Assembly (NCBI GenBank): GCA_013265495.1 | Contig: MU057701.1 | Coordinates: 248,001 to 312,000 of the forward strand | DNA length: 64,000 nucleotides | DNA from: Vicugna vicugna | Lineage: Eukaryota | Reading direction: 5' to 3' | Part shown: piece by piece, positions 50,724-64,000 of the stretch | How the letters are laid out: each line of letters begins with the position of its first letter | How positions within the stretch are numbered: the first letter of the stretch is position 1 | Made by a program: the position numbers and the translations under genes | The notes under the pieces: model-generated | Told to the model about the DNA's origin: nothing | The model's database searches: none | What the model saw: the letters and a program-made list of their open reading frames with translations, nothing else

Positions 50724-51538
50724 TCGGGTCAGCAAACCACTGGCCCGAGGCTCAACCTGGGGCTCCGTCACCTGCTAAGAATGGTCTGTACAATTTGAAA
50801 TAGTTAAGAAAAATCAAAAGAAGAAAAGTCTTTCGTGGTGTGAAGATTTCATGAAATTCAAATTTCAGTGTCCCCGAGTAAAAATTTCTCAGAACTGCCG
50901 AAGGTAAACAAGGCCACAGTTAGAGTGATGAGGACAGACGTTAATCAGTAACATACTATTGCAGCCAGCAGGGTTGGTATGAACTGAACTCAACTGTCTG
51001 TACAAAGGTGACCGGGAGTTTTAAAGAGTGAATGTGGGCGGGGTGGAGGGGGTGCTTTGTAGAGTCAGAGAAGCGAAAGTGTGCAAAGAGCTGGAAGGAG
51101 GTGGTCATATGAAACCCGTCTAGGTTGGCCAACTAGAGGTTATCAAAGTTAGGTTCCTACCCTCTCACAGAAGCTGGAAAACAAGGGCCTTCTCCTCAGG
51201 TGCGGCTGGACAAGTTCTTTAGGAAGCCTTGAATTTTCTCAAGCAGACACTTTAAGGAGGGGCTCGAGTCTTCCTAGGGATGTGGCCTTGAGCAGTTAGA
51301 AACGATGCTCGTGTTTGTTCACATCTTTCTAAACCAAGGTTGAGTGGAGAGGAGGACTCAGAGCAGCTTGGCTAGAGTCTGGTCCAGGAGAGAGTCTGCC
51401 AGGGCACAGCCATGCCCCTCTGATGGCTCATTCCTGCTTCCCGGGCAGTGTTAAGTAGTTGCGACACGGCCTGTCTGGCCTGCAAAGTCAGAAATATTTA
51501 CTGTGTGATCCTTTAAACAGAAAGTTTGCTGACCCCCA
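50724..51538 (+). mobile_element. MER58B-like hAT element split by an LTR
   Basis: TIRs gggtcagcaaac / gtttgctgaccc. Left arm 50724-50895; right arm 51402-51538 (cacagccatgccc...gtagttgcgacac...aatatttact). Confidence 0.8.
50896..51401 (-). mobile_element. ERV1 solo LTR (MER67/MER31-like)
   Basis: The reverse strand begins tggcagactctctcctggaccagactctagccaagctgctctgagtcc and contains ctcaaggccacatccctagga; TG...CA termini. Confidence 0.7.
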
Positions 51539-52779
51539 TTCTGGAGTAACTACTCTCATCCGCTAGCTTATTAACCCCTAGCTGTTAAATCTGTAAAGTG
51601 AGGGGAAAGAGACTCGTTCCTTCTGCTAAGAACAATTTAAAAGGAAGGAGCATGAGTTGGGGGCACCTGGGGAGTGGCCATGGTGGGGCTTGTGGAGCTC
51701 CCTATCTGCTATCTCTGAGGTTTGGGAGCCTGGGAGACAGACAGCCGAGCCCAACCTTTGAGTCAGGGAAAGTGCAAATGCCTGCTGCCTGGTTTTGAAG
51801 CCAGAAGGGTTCAGGAGAGGAGGGTGACACAAAATGGGATGAGGTCAAAGTGTGGGTGCTGCCGAGAAGGGCAGGCGGCTGCACAGCTCTGTGTGGTCCT
51901 ACAGCCAATGACGGGATGCTTCCTGAAGATGCAAAGACAGAGCTTGAGAGCAGACTCGCTCCAGGTAAGAGAACAGGAAAAGCAAAGCCTGGCCCAGCCT
52001 GGGAGCTGGGGCCACGGTTTATGAGTAAGAAGAAAGACAGATGCCCTCCTCCAGCAAACTCCATTTTGGAGTTCAGTATTATTGTTTTTAGTGTTATTAT
52101 GATTACTTTTAGCAGAATTAGGCTGGAGTGCATTTTATATGTCTACACGGATAGCTGTATGTTTAGCACCAAACCCCACTCTGAATGGAATATCCGCTGA
52201 CTATTCCATTCCACTCCAGAAGACATTTGGTTTCCCGGAGGTTCAGCAATTTGGGAGAGACCTAAGCCCTCCCGGAACTGCTGGGCAGACAGAAGGCTTG
52301 GAAGGTGGCTGCAAACAGGATTCTACAGAACAAAATAGAGCCGGATGCCGATAAACAAAGAGATCGACCAAACCCATGAGGGAAAGCACCTTTTTCTCTC
52401 CAGTCCAGCCATGGGTGCTTGCTGGGAAGGATGTCGGGATGGGCAGGGGGTCAGTCTCGCTCCGGTTGGGTCTGGCTCAGGATTCGAAGTGTCCCCTGGC
52501 CTCACGGCAGAGCCTAGCTGGGGCCGTGGTCAGAGGGCCTGCCCAGGGGCACACAGCAAAACGGTGCGATTTGCTCTAAGCCTTGCAGTTAGCATCAGAC
52601 ACCCACGGCTTCTAATTCCTCCCTGGAGGCATGTGAATTTAACAGTCATCAGACCCTGAGGTTCCATGATGCTTTTTTCTCAGCTTTTTAAAATTCGTCA
52701 GATCCCATGCGGTAAGGAAGGTGGCAGAGCCAGGACTAGCAACTCAGTCAAGATAAATAATATTTAAGTGTGAGATTTC

Positions 52780-53298
52780 TTTTTTTTTTTAACGTGGTAA
52801 AATATACACAGCCTAAAATTTACCGCCTTAACTATTTTTAAGCGGAAAGTTGAGTAATGTTAAGTGCATTCACATTGTTGCAGTCAGTCTCCAGAACTCT
52901 TCCCATCTTCCCAGACAGAAACTCGGTCCCTGTTAAACAGCTCCCGCCCACCACAGTCTTCCCCAACCCTCATTCCGTCTCTCTGAATTTGACTACTCTG
53001 GGTGCCTCACATGAGTGGAATCAGACAGTGTTTGTTTTCGTGTGTCTGTCTCATTTCACGTAGCACAATGTCCTCAAAGTCCATCCACATTGTAGCCTCT
53101 GTTGGAATTTCCTTCCCCTTTAAGGCTGAATAATGCTTTACCGGGTGAATACACATTTGTTTATCTGTTCATACATTGATGGACACTTGGGTTACCTCCA
53201 CCTTTTGGCTATTGTGAATAATGCTACTATAAACATGGATGTACAAATATGGATTACAAGGACTTTGGGGCCTTGTTTTCGATTCTTTGGGATATATA
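52780..53298 (-). mobile_element. L1MB-like 3' end with poly(A) tail
   Basis: T-run, then gtggtaaaatatacac...aaaatttacc...gaatttgactactct...gatggacacttgggtt...ccaccttttggctattgtgaataatgct. Confidence 0.88.
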
Positions 53299-53352
53299 GG
53301 ATATGTGATTTTTAAAATCACAGTTATTGCAAAATATCCAGAATGATGATAG

Positions 53353-53870
53353 TGAGGTAGGAAGCCCCAGAAAAAGACCGGCAGGACCCCCAGGCAGGGC
53401 CACTACTCTCCCACCAGCACCATCCGGTTTCCTGGTCCAGAGGCTTTATCTCACTTTTTGCCTCTGAAATTCTACTGATTCCCTGAGCTCCCTCCTGATT
53501 GGTTATTTCCTTCACTCCTGATTGGTCCATTTTCCTAACTTCTGATTGGTCCATTTGTAGTACTTCATTTGCATGGAGCTCACTCCTGATTGGTTATTTC
53601 TCTCCCTCCTGATTTGTCCATTTCTACAAAGCTTGTTCCTAATTAGTCAACTTCTGTTACACTTTATTTGCATATGATATTGCAAAGTGTAAACTGACAG
53701 CCTATAAAAGCTTGTGTAAACCTACAGACAGGGTCCAGAGCTTGGAGTGTTAACTCCTTTGGGCCTAATGGCGTAGTAAACCTGAGTTCTCCAACTCTCC
53801 GAGTGCTGCTTGGTCTCTTGCCAGGGTCCAGGTTGCTGTCACAACTGAGCTGTAACACCGAGCTGTAACA
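53353..53870 (+). mobile_element. ERV solo LTR with CCAAT/octamer array
   Basis: TG...CA ends; repeated ctgattgg boxes, TATAAAA at 53703-53709, AGTAAA at 53775-53780 and a tgtaaca terminus. Confidence 0.75.
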
Positions 53871-56019
53871 CATTTTTTCTGCAACAATAGTATCAAAATT
53901 TTAAATAGAGACAGCGTCCATATTATGGATTGTTCCTTTTTGTCACTCTCCTGTGGGTCAGCGGGGCAGTGGAAGGTAGCCACGATGATCCCCATTGTAC
54001 AGAAGGAAAGACTGAAGCCCTGAGGAGGGCTTGCTTCCCACAGTCTGGTTAACTGGTGCCCAAGCAGGAAAGAGAACCGAGGCTGCTGGTTTCCCACCTG
54101 TGTAACCAGGGTCCTTTTCAGTCTTCACTAGGGGGACCAAGAGACATCAAACTCTCTCTTTGGCTAACCCATAGTCGGGTCTAACACACAGAACTGTCCA
54201 GGTGGTTGAGTTCTCATTATCCCTCCTTGAGATCAAACATTTCGAGTCTGTGTACCTCCATTCCTCCTGCCTGCCCCAATAAAGAGGGGTTTTAATCACA
54301 TCCTACGTCAGTGTTTCTCCTGCCTACTGATGTGACTTGTTCCATTTTGAGCAACTGTTTTATTTACAGATTCATGTCTAATTTATACCCTGTCTGCTTT
54401 CAGAAAAGATCTGAAGTAGAGACAAGGTATTAATAAATCCATGGTGTGGAACATGTCTGTTAAATCGAGGACTGGCGGGAGGTGAGGATGCAGCTGCCCG
54501 TGGCCTCCTCAAGCCCTCATTTCACGGCTCTAGAGCAGCCACCGGGGCCATCAATTCATCCCCACACCAGGCATTGATCCTGCGCAGCAAAGGAAGTTCA
54601 TTAAGGTAATTGCCTTTACAAAGAACTATACTTTGTCTTCTTCTGACTTTGCTCCAGACAAGAGTTTTTGGCCTGAATGTGAACGCCCTGACCTCATGGA
54701 AATGCTCGTTGATGTGGTTTGATCTGCCTCATCTTGGCCCACAAAGGGATCCTGGTAACCCCGGGGAGAAGTGGAGGATGGGGTGGGGGGTTATCTGCAG
54801 CCACGACCTGCGAGTTCTCAGCTCTGAGCTTGAGGATCCCCAAAACACACGTCTGAGCCATGATTTCAACAGCTAACACCCTTCCTGCCCCCACCTCACC
54901 GCGTTTTAAACAGGGCGCCTTCAGGCAACTGTGCACGTGCTTCAGGGCCTAATGAAGTTAATAGAAACAGGGATACAGTTCACCTAGGAATGTCCAAGAG
55001 GCAGGGGGGTGACAATGTAGAATCCTCTCCATCTAATGGGGAGGAAAATGAGAAAAGGGAAACGCAGCAGCCAAGGCCGGCCCCAGCTCAGTGAGAGGCT
55101 GCCAGCAGTGGTTAAGACGAGGTGATGGGTGAGACCGAAGCCAAGAGGCTGGCCTGCAGGCTCCAGAAACTCAGGTATCAAACTCTCACCAGAGAGATGG
55201 GATCTAGGAGCAGCGAAGAACCATGGCTCCATTGGTTTCACAGGCGTGAAATTGACCTCTGAGGGAGGACACCAGCTACCCTGCTGAAAGATGCTTCTCC
55301 TCCTCCTTCCCGTCTTCAGATAGTTGGGAGATGTCTCGAGGCCAGAAAGAGTGGCCTGTGAAGTGGGGTGAGACCCAGCTCGTCCCTGAGCCCCAGGGGC
55401 CCCCTCCCCCTCCGCCTCAGAATGGCCGAGGCCATGGTTGACACGCCTCCCTCTCGTCATTTCCTGGTTCAAGATCTGCTTCCAACACAGGACAGAAAAA
55501 GCTCCAGGAGGGCAGAGGCTGGCGGGCTCATCCACTGCCACTCTGGAGGCCCCGCGCACAGTAGGCACCTTAAAGGAGGCGGAAAGAAAGGAGGGAGGGG
55601 AAAATAGTGTTTTGCCGCAAGTAATGTAGGTTTGTGAGTGGGGTCAAGGACGAATGGGGCTGCCGATCAGCAGAGTCTTCCGTTTGCATTGACGAGGGTG
55701 CTGTTCCAGGGTTCCCTTTGCTGAGGTCTGCCCTTAGTCACCCTCACCTTCCTGGCCCCACTACGCGCCAGCCTGGGGGTATAAGAGACAGAGCTCCAGG
55801 TCAGGGCAGCTGTGGACCTTCCCTGGGCCTGTTTCCTCACCTGCAAACGTTAACTAGCTCATGTGAGACTGGAGCATGTGTCAGACTACGTCATCGTTAC
55901 GGTCCCTCCAGCTCTACCATTCTCTGGGGCTGTGAAAACCCAGATGCACGATGTGGTCCCAGACCTCAGGAAACATGATGTGCACATTTAAAAAATCACC
56001 ATCAAATGTCCTTGAAACA

Positions 56020-56200
56020 GTAATAATGGTGCACTTGATGTGTATTTTCTCTCTTAAGCCTCACGACAACCCTGTGTGTTAGCTTTGATTATTATTCCCA
56101 ATTAACAGATGAAGAAACTGAGACTCAGCAAGGCTGAGGGGCTAACCTAGAGGATCTAACACAGCTGGTACGTCCCGCAGCAGAGCACAGAATGAGAGTC
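56020..56200 (-). mobile_element. MIR SINE
   Basis: cctcacgacaaccctgtg...attattcccaattaacagatgaagaaactgagactcag. Confidence 0.8.
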
Positions 56201-57997
56201 ACGTGCTTGTCGATTTCAGGGGGCTGAACTGGTAGCCACCTTGCTGTGTAATATGAGTTCAGTCTTGCCAGGTCCTGGTTTTCTGGAGAGACCAAAGTTT
56301 CCTGAAGGTTTCTCGTGAGCTAGGCAGATATCTGACTCTAGTTTGTTCCAACTGGAACAAAACCCAACATGCATTTATATGTGTCACATGCATCATTTTG
56401 GTATATTAAGGCCCCCTGAAGAGTTAAACTCTGTGCTGTCACTTTTTTCTTCAGACATTTCTCTGCCTACATTTCAACTTCTTGTCTGTGTTTCATGGAT
56501 TAGGATTTTTGTTCTGAGTTGGTCTTTGGAAAATTCAGGCCTGTGCATATCGGCTCAGATAAAATGGCGCAGAGAAATATACTACTGTTTATTTTCATTA
56601 ATCAGAATATTTTCTCATATCGCCCAACCAAAACAAAGTAAAGAAAATGAATTGGTGTTAGAGTTAGATGTCAGATTGCTTCTGTCTTTCATAAATTCCA
56701 TTTTCCAATGCTTGTGTCCTTCGTAATAGCATCATTGCTCTAATGAATGGATTTTACAAGAGGCTGTTATAAAATGTGTTTACTAAATACATTTACAAAA
56801 GTAAAACCTGTATTTTATATATTGTATATTGAGGCCTTATAGATTTAGGTTCTAACGTAAGACTTTGTTAGAATTTAAAAAAAGGACGCTGTTGCTTAAA
56901 ATGTTTGGAAACCCTTGATAATCATTTGATTATTAGATGATCTTTAAGAGTCCTGGTTACATTCAATGAAGCAGATCATGCGATCTAAACTTGTAAGAGT
57001 TCAAGAAAGAGCTTTTTGAGAAAGTTGACATTGCTTATCTTATGGATGGCCAGGCAAGGCATTTGGGGAAGAAAGTGGTCTGACAAAGATAAATGAGATG
57101 CAGATGAGAGATGTCTGAAGGGGCAGAGGCTGCAGGTGGAGAAAGGTAGGGTAGTGAGTGTTCCTTCTTCTAAGATCTACCATGTGGCATTCATCTCCCA
57201 TTAACTGGCCAGAGTCTCAAAATAATTCTCAGTACCCTGGTCACCAATGACTTTGCATTCCCTTCTCAAGCCCCACGTGCCACGCCATGGAGCGTGCTCT
57301 CCAGGTCACCAGGGACCTCTCCATCGCCAAGCTAAATCCTGCAACATCCTTCTCTAGCATTTTGCCCTTTTCCTCCTTCAGATTCCCTGAATTCTCCCTT
57401 TGTACTGGTCCTGTTTACGAAATGTTCGTATTTCTACCCTGCCCCTTGTACTTGTGTGTTTCCAAGGTTTTTGTCTTTGGCCTTCTTAGCTCGCACCACA
57501 ACATCTATGAAGTTTCACTCCCTCCTGGTGCTCTGGCTCCTGGCGACAACAGTCCCCGCCTGGGTTTCCAGCCCGTCTCTCTGTGCAGGTTTCAGCGCTG
57601 CTGCGTCACATTGCTTTGCCCGGGGACCTGCATCCCAGTTGTTCCAGATGGAGAAGTCCTAGCCCTGCCTCTGACCCTTCTGACCCAAACCTGCTCTTCC
57701 CTCTTTGTTCTCTCATTCTGATGACATGCTATCTCCCCATTCACCCAAGCCTCACCCTGCGGTTTCTTTGACTCCTAGCTTGCCTCCTGAGCCAGGCCTC
57801 CCAGATTCTGCTTCTGAGATGACTCCCAAATCCACACGCTCATCTTGCTCCCCTCGCTGTCGCCAGAGGCCCTCTCTCTGCTGCTTGTGCCCTGAGCACT
57901 GATCACCCTAGAGGGTGCTGTTTTCCATACATGCTAAGCCCGTTCACATCCCTTTCACAGGGGATGTCCTTCACTTAAGCAAATGTGCGCTCATTGA

Positions 57998-58462
57998 GTA
58001 TCTTCGGTTCCTACTGATGCTGTAACGAATCACACAAGCTTAGTGGCTAAAACTAACATGAGTTTATCCTCTTACTGTTGTGGAGGTCAGAAGTCTAAAA
58101 GTGAATCTTGGAGGCTAAACTCAAGGTGTTGGAAGAGATGGTCCTTTCTGGAGACTTCGGGAGAGAGTCTTTGCTTTTCCAGCGTCTGGAGAACACTCAC
58201 GTCCCTCGGTTTGTGGCCATATCCTTCCAGTCTCTGCTTCCACCATCACATTGCCCACATCTCTGACTTTGATCATCCTGCCTCCCTTCCTCTTAGAAGG
58301 ACCTTTGTGATTACATTGGACTCGTCCAGAGAACCCAAGTGGAGCTCCCCATCTCAAGGTCCTTAGCTTAATCACATCTGCAAAACGTCTTTTTCTATAT
58401 AACCTAACAGGTCCCGGGGTTAGGATGTGGCCGTCTTTGGGGGACCATCATTCTCTCTGCTC
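57998..58462 (-). mobile_element. MaLR solo LTR (MLT1D/E-like)
   Basis: gctgtaacgaatcacacaagcttagtggct...ggaggtcagaagtct...gacctttgtgattacattgg...ctccccatctcaaggtcctta. Confidence 0.85.
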
Positions 58463-61400
58463 CGTTGGATACAGCACTGTGTACGAGGCACTGGGCTAAA
58501 CCAGGACACAGCGAGGGATAGTTTATGGTCTTGTCCTTTGGGTACTTAGAGTTCAATAGTGGATGCTTTTAAAATAAAGTGTAAGTGCTATGCAATTTAG
58601 GAGGGCTGCTTGGAAACACGGAGGGGCATGGGGCCTGCCCCTTTGTGGAGCCACTGATGTCCCACTTACTCTGCAGGGCCCAGCTCAGACATCACGAGGG
58701 GACGTGTCTGTGCAGAGGGGACCCCTCTGTGCAGAATTCACGCTCTCTTCCTTCTGGTGCCCTTGACCCTGTGCTCATAGTCCTGTACCTGCCCCTTTCT
58801 GTACTGCTCCCTGGGCCGACCTGCCTTGCCGGATTGTAAGCTCTTCAAAGGGAAGGCTGTTATTTTCCTCAGAATCATCCCAGATGCAGCTAGGACCTTC
58901 CCCACCCCAGTCCTTGAGCCAAATCCTCTGCACAGCATACAGTGTACAGCGCCCCCTGGACGTGCTGGTACATGGAACAGGTGCATGACCTGGAAAAACG
59001 GAGGGGTGCGTGCAGAGACGCTGCAAAGAAGAACCAGGAGGCACAGTAAGACGGCCTCTAGAAGCACAGGAGGGGCTTGACGGAGCTCATTCAGATCTGG
59101 TTCCCTGGCCTCAGGAGTCTGCAGCCAGAGTTGCTTGTCCCTATGCGTGCGTGGCCGGAGCCGGGTTGACGGGCCTGAGCCGCCGTCTTTATCTGCCAGG
59201 GCTGAGCACTCGGCTGATTCCCCGATGTGAGCTGACTTTCTGAGCTGGAGCACATTGGCTGGCAGCCTGTGCCAACACACAGGTTTCCACCTGTGCTTTG
59301 CTGGGTGGTTCAGAACCACCTTTAATTATGCGAGACCACAAATTTGTTTTCAAAATCGTTTCTCTTCCCTCCTGTTAGCAGAAGCAGCCTGGTAGGAATT
59401 ATCTGGGTCCTAGAAGGCCTGTAGGTCACAGCGAGGAGATTTACTTCATCAGATTAAAGCCTATGTGCTTACTCAGCTGCCAACAATTCCCTGTTACCTT
59501 TGTCCCAGGTTCCACATTGCTCAAAGCCCGGTCGCGAACTCTGAGGACTGAATCCTCAAAACTGTCTCTTCGAGGAGGAGCCCCAGCCCAGGAGAACACC
59601 CACTTCTGCTCAGCTTTGTGAAAACACGTACGTGTCTGGATTCCAAACGGGTGGAAGACCTAGCAGGTGGGTCTGAACAAGAGCAGGCTCAGAGACGAGC
59701 CACCCACCCCTGAGACCTCAGGCCCCTCCTTTTCGGCTTCCTTGTGTCTTTTGCACATAAAAGCAACAAAACCAGAAAGACTAATTAGAACGTTTCCAAG
59801 TTTCTTTTGCAAGGTCTCCGACACTTTCAGGCACTCTGCTCCCATCAAGAGGGCTTGTCAGCAGACACCTCGGATGGCACTCCTGTTCAATTAGTGAGCA
59901 AACGGCATCCAGCCACATTCTCCTCTGGTTTGCTTTGCAGGGGAGCCCAGAGCCCGAGCCGCTAGGCCAGCCAGCCACGCCCACCTTCCAGAGTCCCTGC
60001 CAGTTCATCCCATCGTCTGACTAGCTCAGCTTTCTTCACGGGAATTAGTAGCATGGTTTCCCAAAACAATGGTTCAAATCAATTTGCAGAACATCAGTTA
60101 TAATGAGCTAAGTGTGGGCTAATACATAGATTTTGCAAGCTGCAGCTCCTATTCAATTTAATTACCTCCCTCTGCGGATTTAAAATCAACCAGAGCTTCA
60201 GACAAAAGGGGTTTTCATCACTTTCCCAGAAATCTGCATGGTAGGTATATGCCCACAGACCAGGCTATGCTAAAGTAGGCAGCATCCATCAAAACTGACG
60301 TAACCATGGTGAAGCTGTCAAACCAAGGGTTCTCACGGTGATACCTGGGAAGGCGCAGATACCAGTGAACACTCATGCTTTGTCATTGCTGGGAGAGCTG
60401 AGTGAAGTGGGTGGGGGTGTCACCACACCGCCCAGCTCACTCCTGCACCCCAGGCCGTCACTCCTGCCAACTGGTATCCTCTGGCCACACTGCACTGGCA
60501 AAAGACATCCCTGGGCAGGGGGGTGTGTTCTTGACTTCTTCTCTCAATCAAACCCCAGTCAAAGCCCAGTTCAGCAGGCGTTTGAGGGCTGGCTCTATAA
60601 AAGGTACAGAGTCAGTGCTGCAGGGTTTAGGGTCTTAGGACAAGACCTCTGCCACCTAGATGCTCACAAACTCCTAACTGTAATACAAAAACTGTGATAA
60701 CAGAGGTATAAGGCAACTAAGCAGGCCCAGAGGAACAGGGAGCTAATTCTACCTGGGGAGTAAGAGGGGTGGATTTGACAGTCTCGAATAATAAGAAGAG
60801 CTCCCCAGAGTAGACCTGGGGGTCTGAGTGCTGAAGGTTGTGCTCTGAACAAAGTAGAGAAGCGGGAATGTCAAGGGCTCGTCCAGGGAAGGGGAGGCGA
60901 GGGGTCTGATGTAGTCAGCCATGTGTGGGGCTCAGGAACAAGACTTGGGGGTGCCAGGTTTGAACAGGAGCACACAAAGAGACAAGCCAAGAAATTTAGG
61001 GTGCGATAGGAAGCCACCAGGGGCTTCTCAGAAAGAGTGGCACCGTCAGATGTGTTTCAGAAAGGCAACTCGGACTGCAGTTAGTGGGATGAGCTGGAAC
61101 TGAGGCCACGCAATCAAGATGGGGTCTTCAGATCTGAAGAAGAGAGTTTCCATGCACTGGGGAAGGGGTCTGTTAGGACAGTACCACTGTATGAGTCAAG
61201 CAGCAAAGCCGGTTTCAGACCAAGGGCTCGTCGGCTGCTTAAAACCGACCAGAGGGGTGTTTGGAGGTTCCAGTTTAACGGAGCCTAGCGCAGGCAAGTC
61301 CCCGTTCCAGCACTCCCTCCACTGAGCCCACTTTCCATTCTCATGCCTCACCTGCACTCCCTACAGATTGCTCCCGCTTTGCAGTTTTGTTGAAATTACA

Positions 61401-62459
61401 TTTCCCCACTAACTTTCACACTAATATTCTTGCAAAAATGCTTCAAAGAGCACCAATGTGGCACAGGAATTAACACCTGAGAATCTTGTTTGCATTTTCC
61501 CACCCATGACAGGCCCCCGGTTACTTCATCAAGAGCAGATGGGCAGCCCAGGGGGTTCTCCACATCCATTTGATTTGTACCTACAGAAGAGTGTTTCTTT
61601 CTGAAATCCAGAGATGATTTATGTCATATTGTATCAACTCAACTCAAAGAAAACAAGACACGTGGCTTAAAAACGGATTCACTGCAACGAATAAGAATAA
61701 TGAATTGTCCTTATGAAAGGCTGGCTGTCCTGTCTTCTTACATTTGCAGACTTTAAGCACAGCATATTCAAGTTAGATTTACAGCGCCACATGCTGGGAT
61801 GTTAAAAGTAAAATAGCCAGGGCACACCAAGCATTCTGTGACCTGCTAAGTGCTTCTCAAAATCACATCGTGGCAGATGCAAATAATTATTTCCCCAACA
61901 GAAATCAAGACCCTGACTCAGGGCGATTTTCTGCACAGCCAGCATTTGGAGGGGAGGGGCGGGGGAAGGTTGAATGAATGCTTGTCATATACCGCCGTGA
62001 AGGGTGTTATTATTGCCACATGATGTAAATGATATAAACTAGGTTTGTGAGTTCTGAAATAAATTCTAGACCACACAAGCCCAGCAGTAACAAGTGACTT
62101 GTTAACGGTAATTGATGATCACTTTTTTTGAAGTTCTTAAGAACTGTGTTGAATGGCAATTTGAGAACGGCTCATTTTCTCACTGACCCCTGAGGATCTT
62201 TAAGCTTTCAGGTAACAACCTGAAGCCTTCAGGCCTTGGGTACTGCTGAAGTTCACAGATTTAAGTAAAGCTGCGAATTTCTGGAAACTAGAGGAGTCAC
62301 AATTTTACAAATTAATATTACGTCCTGTTACTTTAGCTGGTTTTACAGATGAATATTATGAATGAAATCAAAGGGCTGTGCTTAACTTCTGTCAGACCTT
62401 TGATCTTAAAAGTAAAAGCAAGCAGAGGATCGTGGTTCACACATAATAAACACATCTCC

Positions 62460-64000
62460 AAATTATTAAAAAGGCATTTTATTATAAATACATTTTAGTT
62501 GTAGCAGTAAAATACATTTTGTGTTACCATGAATCTTTTAAAACAAAAGAACTTCACTGAGACAATGATCACAATGTAGGAACTGCAGACCCCCAAATTG
62601 AAAACTTGTTCTAAGGAACCAAAGTGGCTAAAGAAATTCCAAAACTAAGTTAAAAAAAAAAAGGAAACGACAGAAAAGGAAGAAAATAAAAACCCTAGAG
62701 AATGGCTTTGGGGTTATTTTATGGTACAAAGTCATTTTTACTTTTAAGGATAAACTCTTAAGGTATTAGAACCTCTCGGACGAGGTATCATTAACTGTAA
62801 GAAATAATAATAATTTTGTTATAATTTTGCCATAACTTATGATTATTACATGACTGTACAACTGGTACTTATAAGAGATGGAAACTGACCATCTCAGTTT
62901 TATATAGCCTCCCTTTGGAAGACTTGCCAAAAGAAGACCCAGTATGAATTTGCTAAGTAATTGATTGTATGAAGTTAGCTGAACAAGTTTAGATAAGAAC
63001 TTGTATTTTTGAAGCATAAAAAAAAAACCCTGTGTCATTAATAACAGGACCCTTTAATAAAATGCAAAACCCATTACCTTTATAATTTAGAGGAGAGGTA
63101 TTTTAATCACCGTATTTACCTAGGATACAACTACTACGTATAACCAGTACCTTCATGGGTTTCAAAGAATCAGGTCGGATGACTGGCACAGAAAGCGGAT
63201 ACAGTACAATGTCATACACTTGGGTTTATAGGAAGCAGGCATGGTCTGGATACGTAAAAATCCAAGACCTTTCCTCTGAATGGGAGGGGGTGCTGAGAAA
63301 CATTCTCAGGTGTAACTGACGCGTCCGTCAGGACCTCAGCCTGGATAAAAGGACCCTCCGACCGACGGAAAGAGACAAGAGGTCTTTGCATCCAAGGCAT
63401 CGTGCAAAGCAAAGTGTGAATAAACAGAAGCTCCCTGTGAGTTGGAACTGGATAAAGTAACCTGTGCTGAACATATAAACGATCCCACCAAAGGTTAGCA
63501 AGCCTTTCAAGGAGGAAGGACTGTGTTTTAAGAATTCCAAAACTGTGCGTTCTACGATGCTTATCATATGCACTACTTCTAAGTCGTTCTATAATCTATC
63601 ACCTTAAAAATATTTTATTTTTCTCTTTCTTGTGTCTCAGTAAATTCAAAGCCAAACTAAAAACCAGAGGCCGAGACCAAAACCCCTCAAGCTGCACTGA
63701 CTCCAGGGGGAATATTAACAACAACGACACTAACACACACATTTTTAAAATATCCAAAGACCTGTAGGTTGATTATATTGTAGGCAGTTTCTTTCTCAAA
63801 AATAACTTGTTCATACATGTGCACCTATGGTTTATGAACAACTCATGCTGTGTAGGTGGTAGATTCCCCTAGACTGTTGCTTTTTCTTTCTTTTTTTTCA
63901 AACATAGTTTTTTTTTGTTTTTTGTGTTTTTTTGAAGATAGCAAAGCAATCAGAGACAATGATCAACTTTCTGCCATATACATCACTTCAGGCTCCCCGA
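62460..64000 (-). other. HELZ: Distal 3' UTR of a convergent minus-strand gene, probably HELZ
   Basis: AT-rich UTR-like sequence with no recognised repeats. Minus-strand AATAAA at 62483-62478 with a GU/U-rich downstream element (tgtgtttattatgtgtg). The gene name rests only on recalled mammalian synteny CACNG4-CACNG1-HELZ; no coding sequence is in the window. Confidence 0.6.

Noticed and set aside
53324..53554. ORF with repeated MDQS/NQ motifs
   Set aside because: Antisense translation of the CCAAT repeats in the LTR.

Overview
Mammalian, repeat-rich genomic DNA, most likely from a camelid (one tRNA-derived SINE of the camelid type; no Alu, B1 or Bov-A/BovB recognised). The + strand carries the 3' part of CACNG4 (TARP gamma-4): the end of intron 1, coding exons 2-4 and the 3' UTR ending near 29.06 kb. 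It is followed by the four-exon skeletal-muscle gene CACNG1 (ATG 39023, stop 49635, poly(A) signal 50158). An AT-rich minus-strand 3' UTR end at about 62.46-64 kb is assigned to HELZ by synteny only. The rest is intron or intergenic sequence with MIR, L1, L2, CR1, MaLR/ERV LTRs and hAT DNA-transposon relics. Almost all ORF-track entries are noise. I see no clearly new biological system. The most notable anomalies are: (1) CACNG1 exon 4 lacks its normal acceptor and first 7 nt, leaving a single in-frame cryptic AG; (2) an unidentified, roughly 1.1-kb decayed reading frame lies antisense in CACNG1 intron 1; (3) an LTR packed with CCAAT and octamer motifs lies downstream of CACNG1. Gene and repeat names come from recalled consensus sequences, not from database searches.
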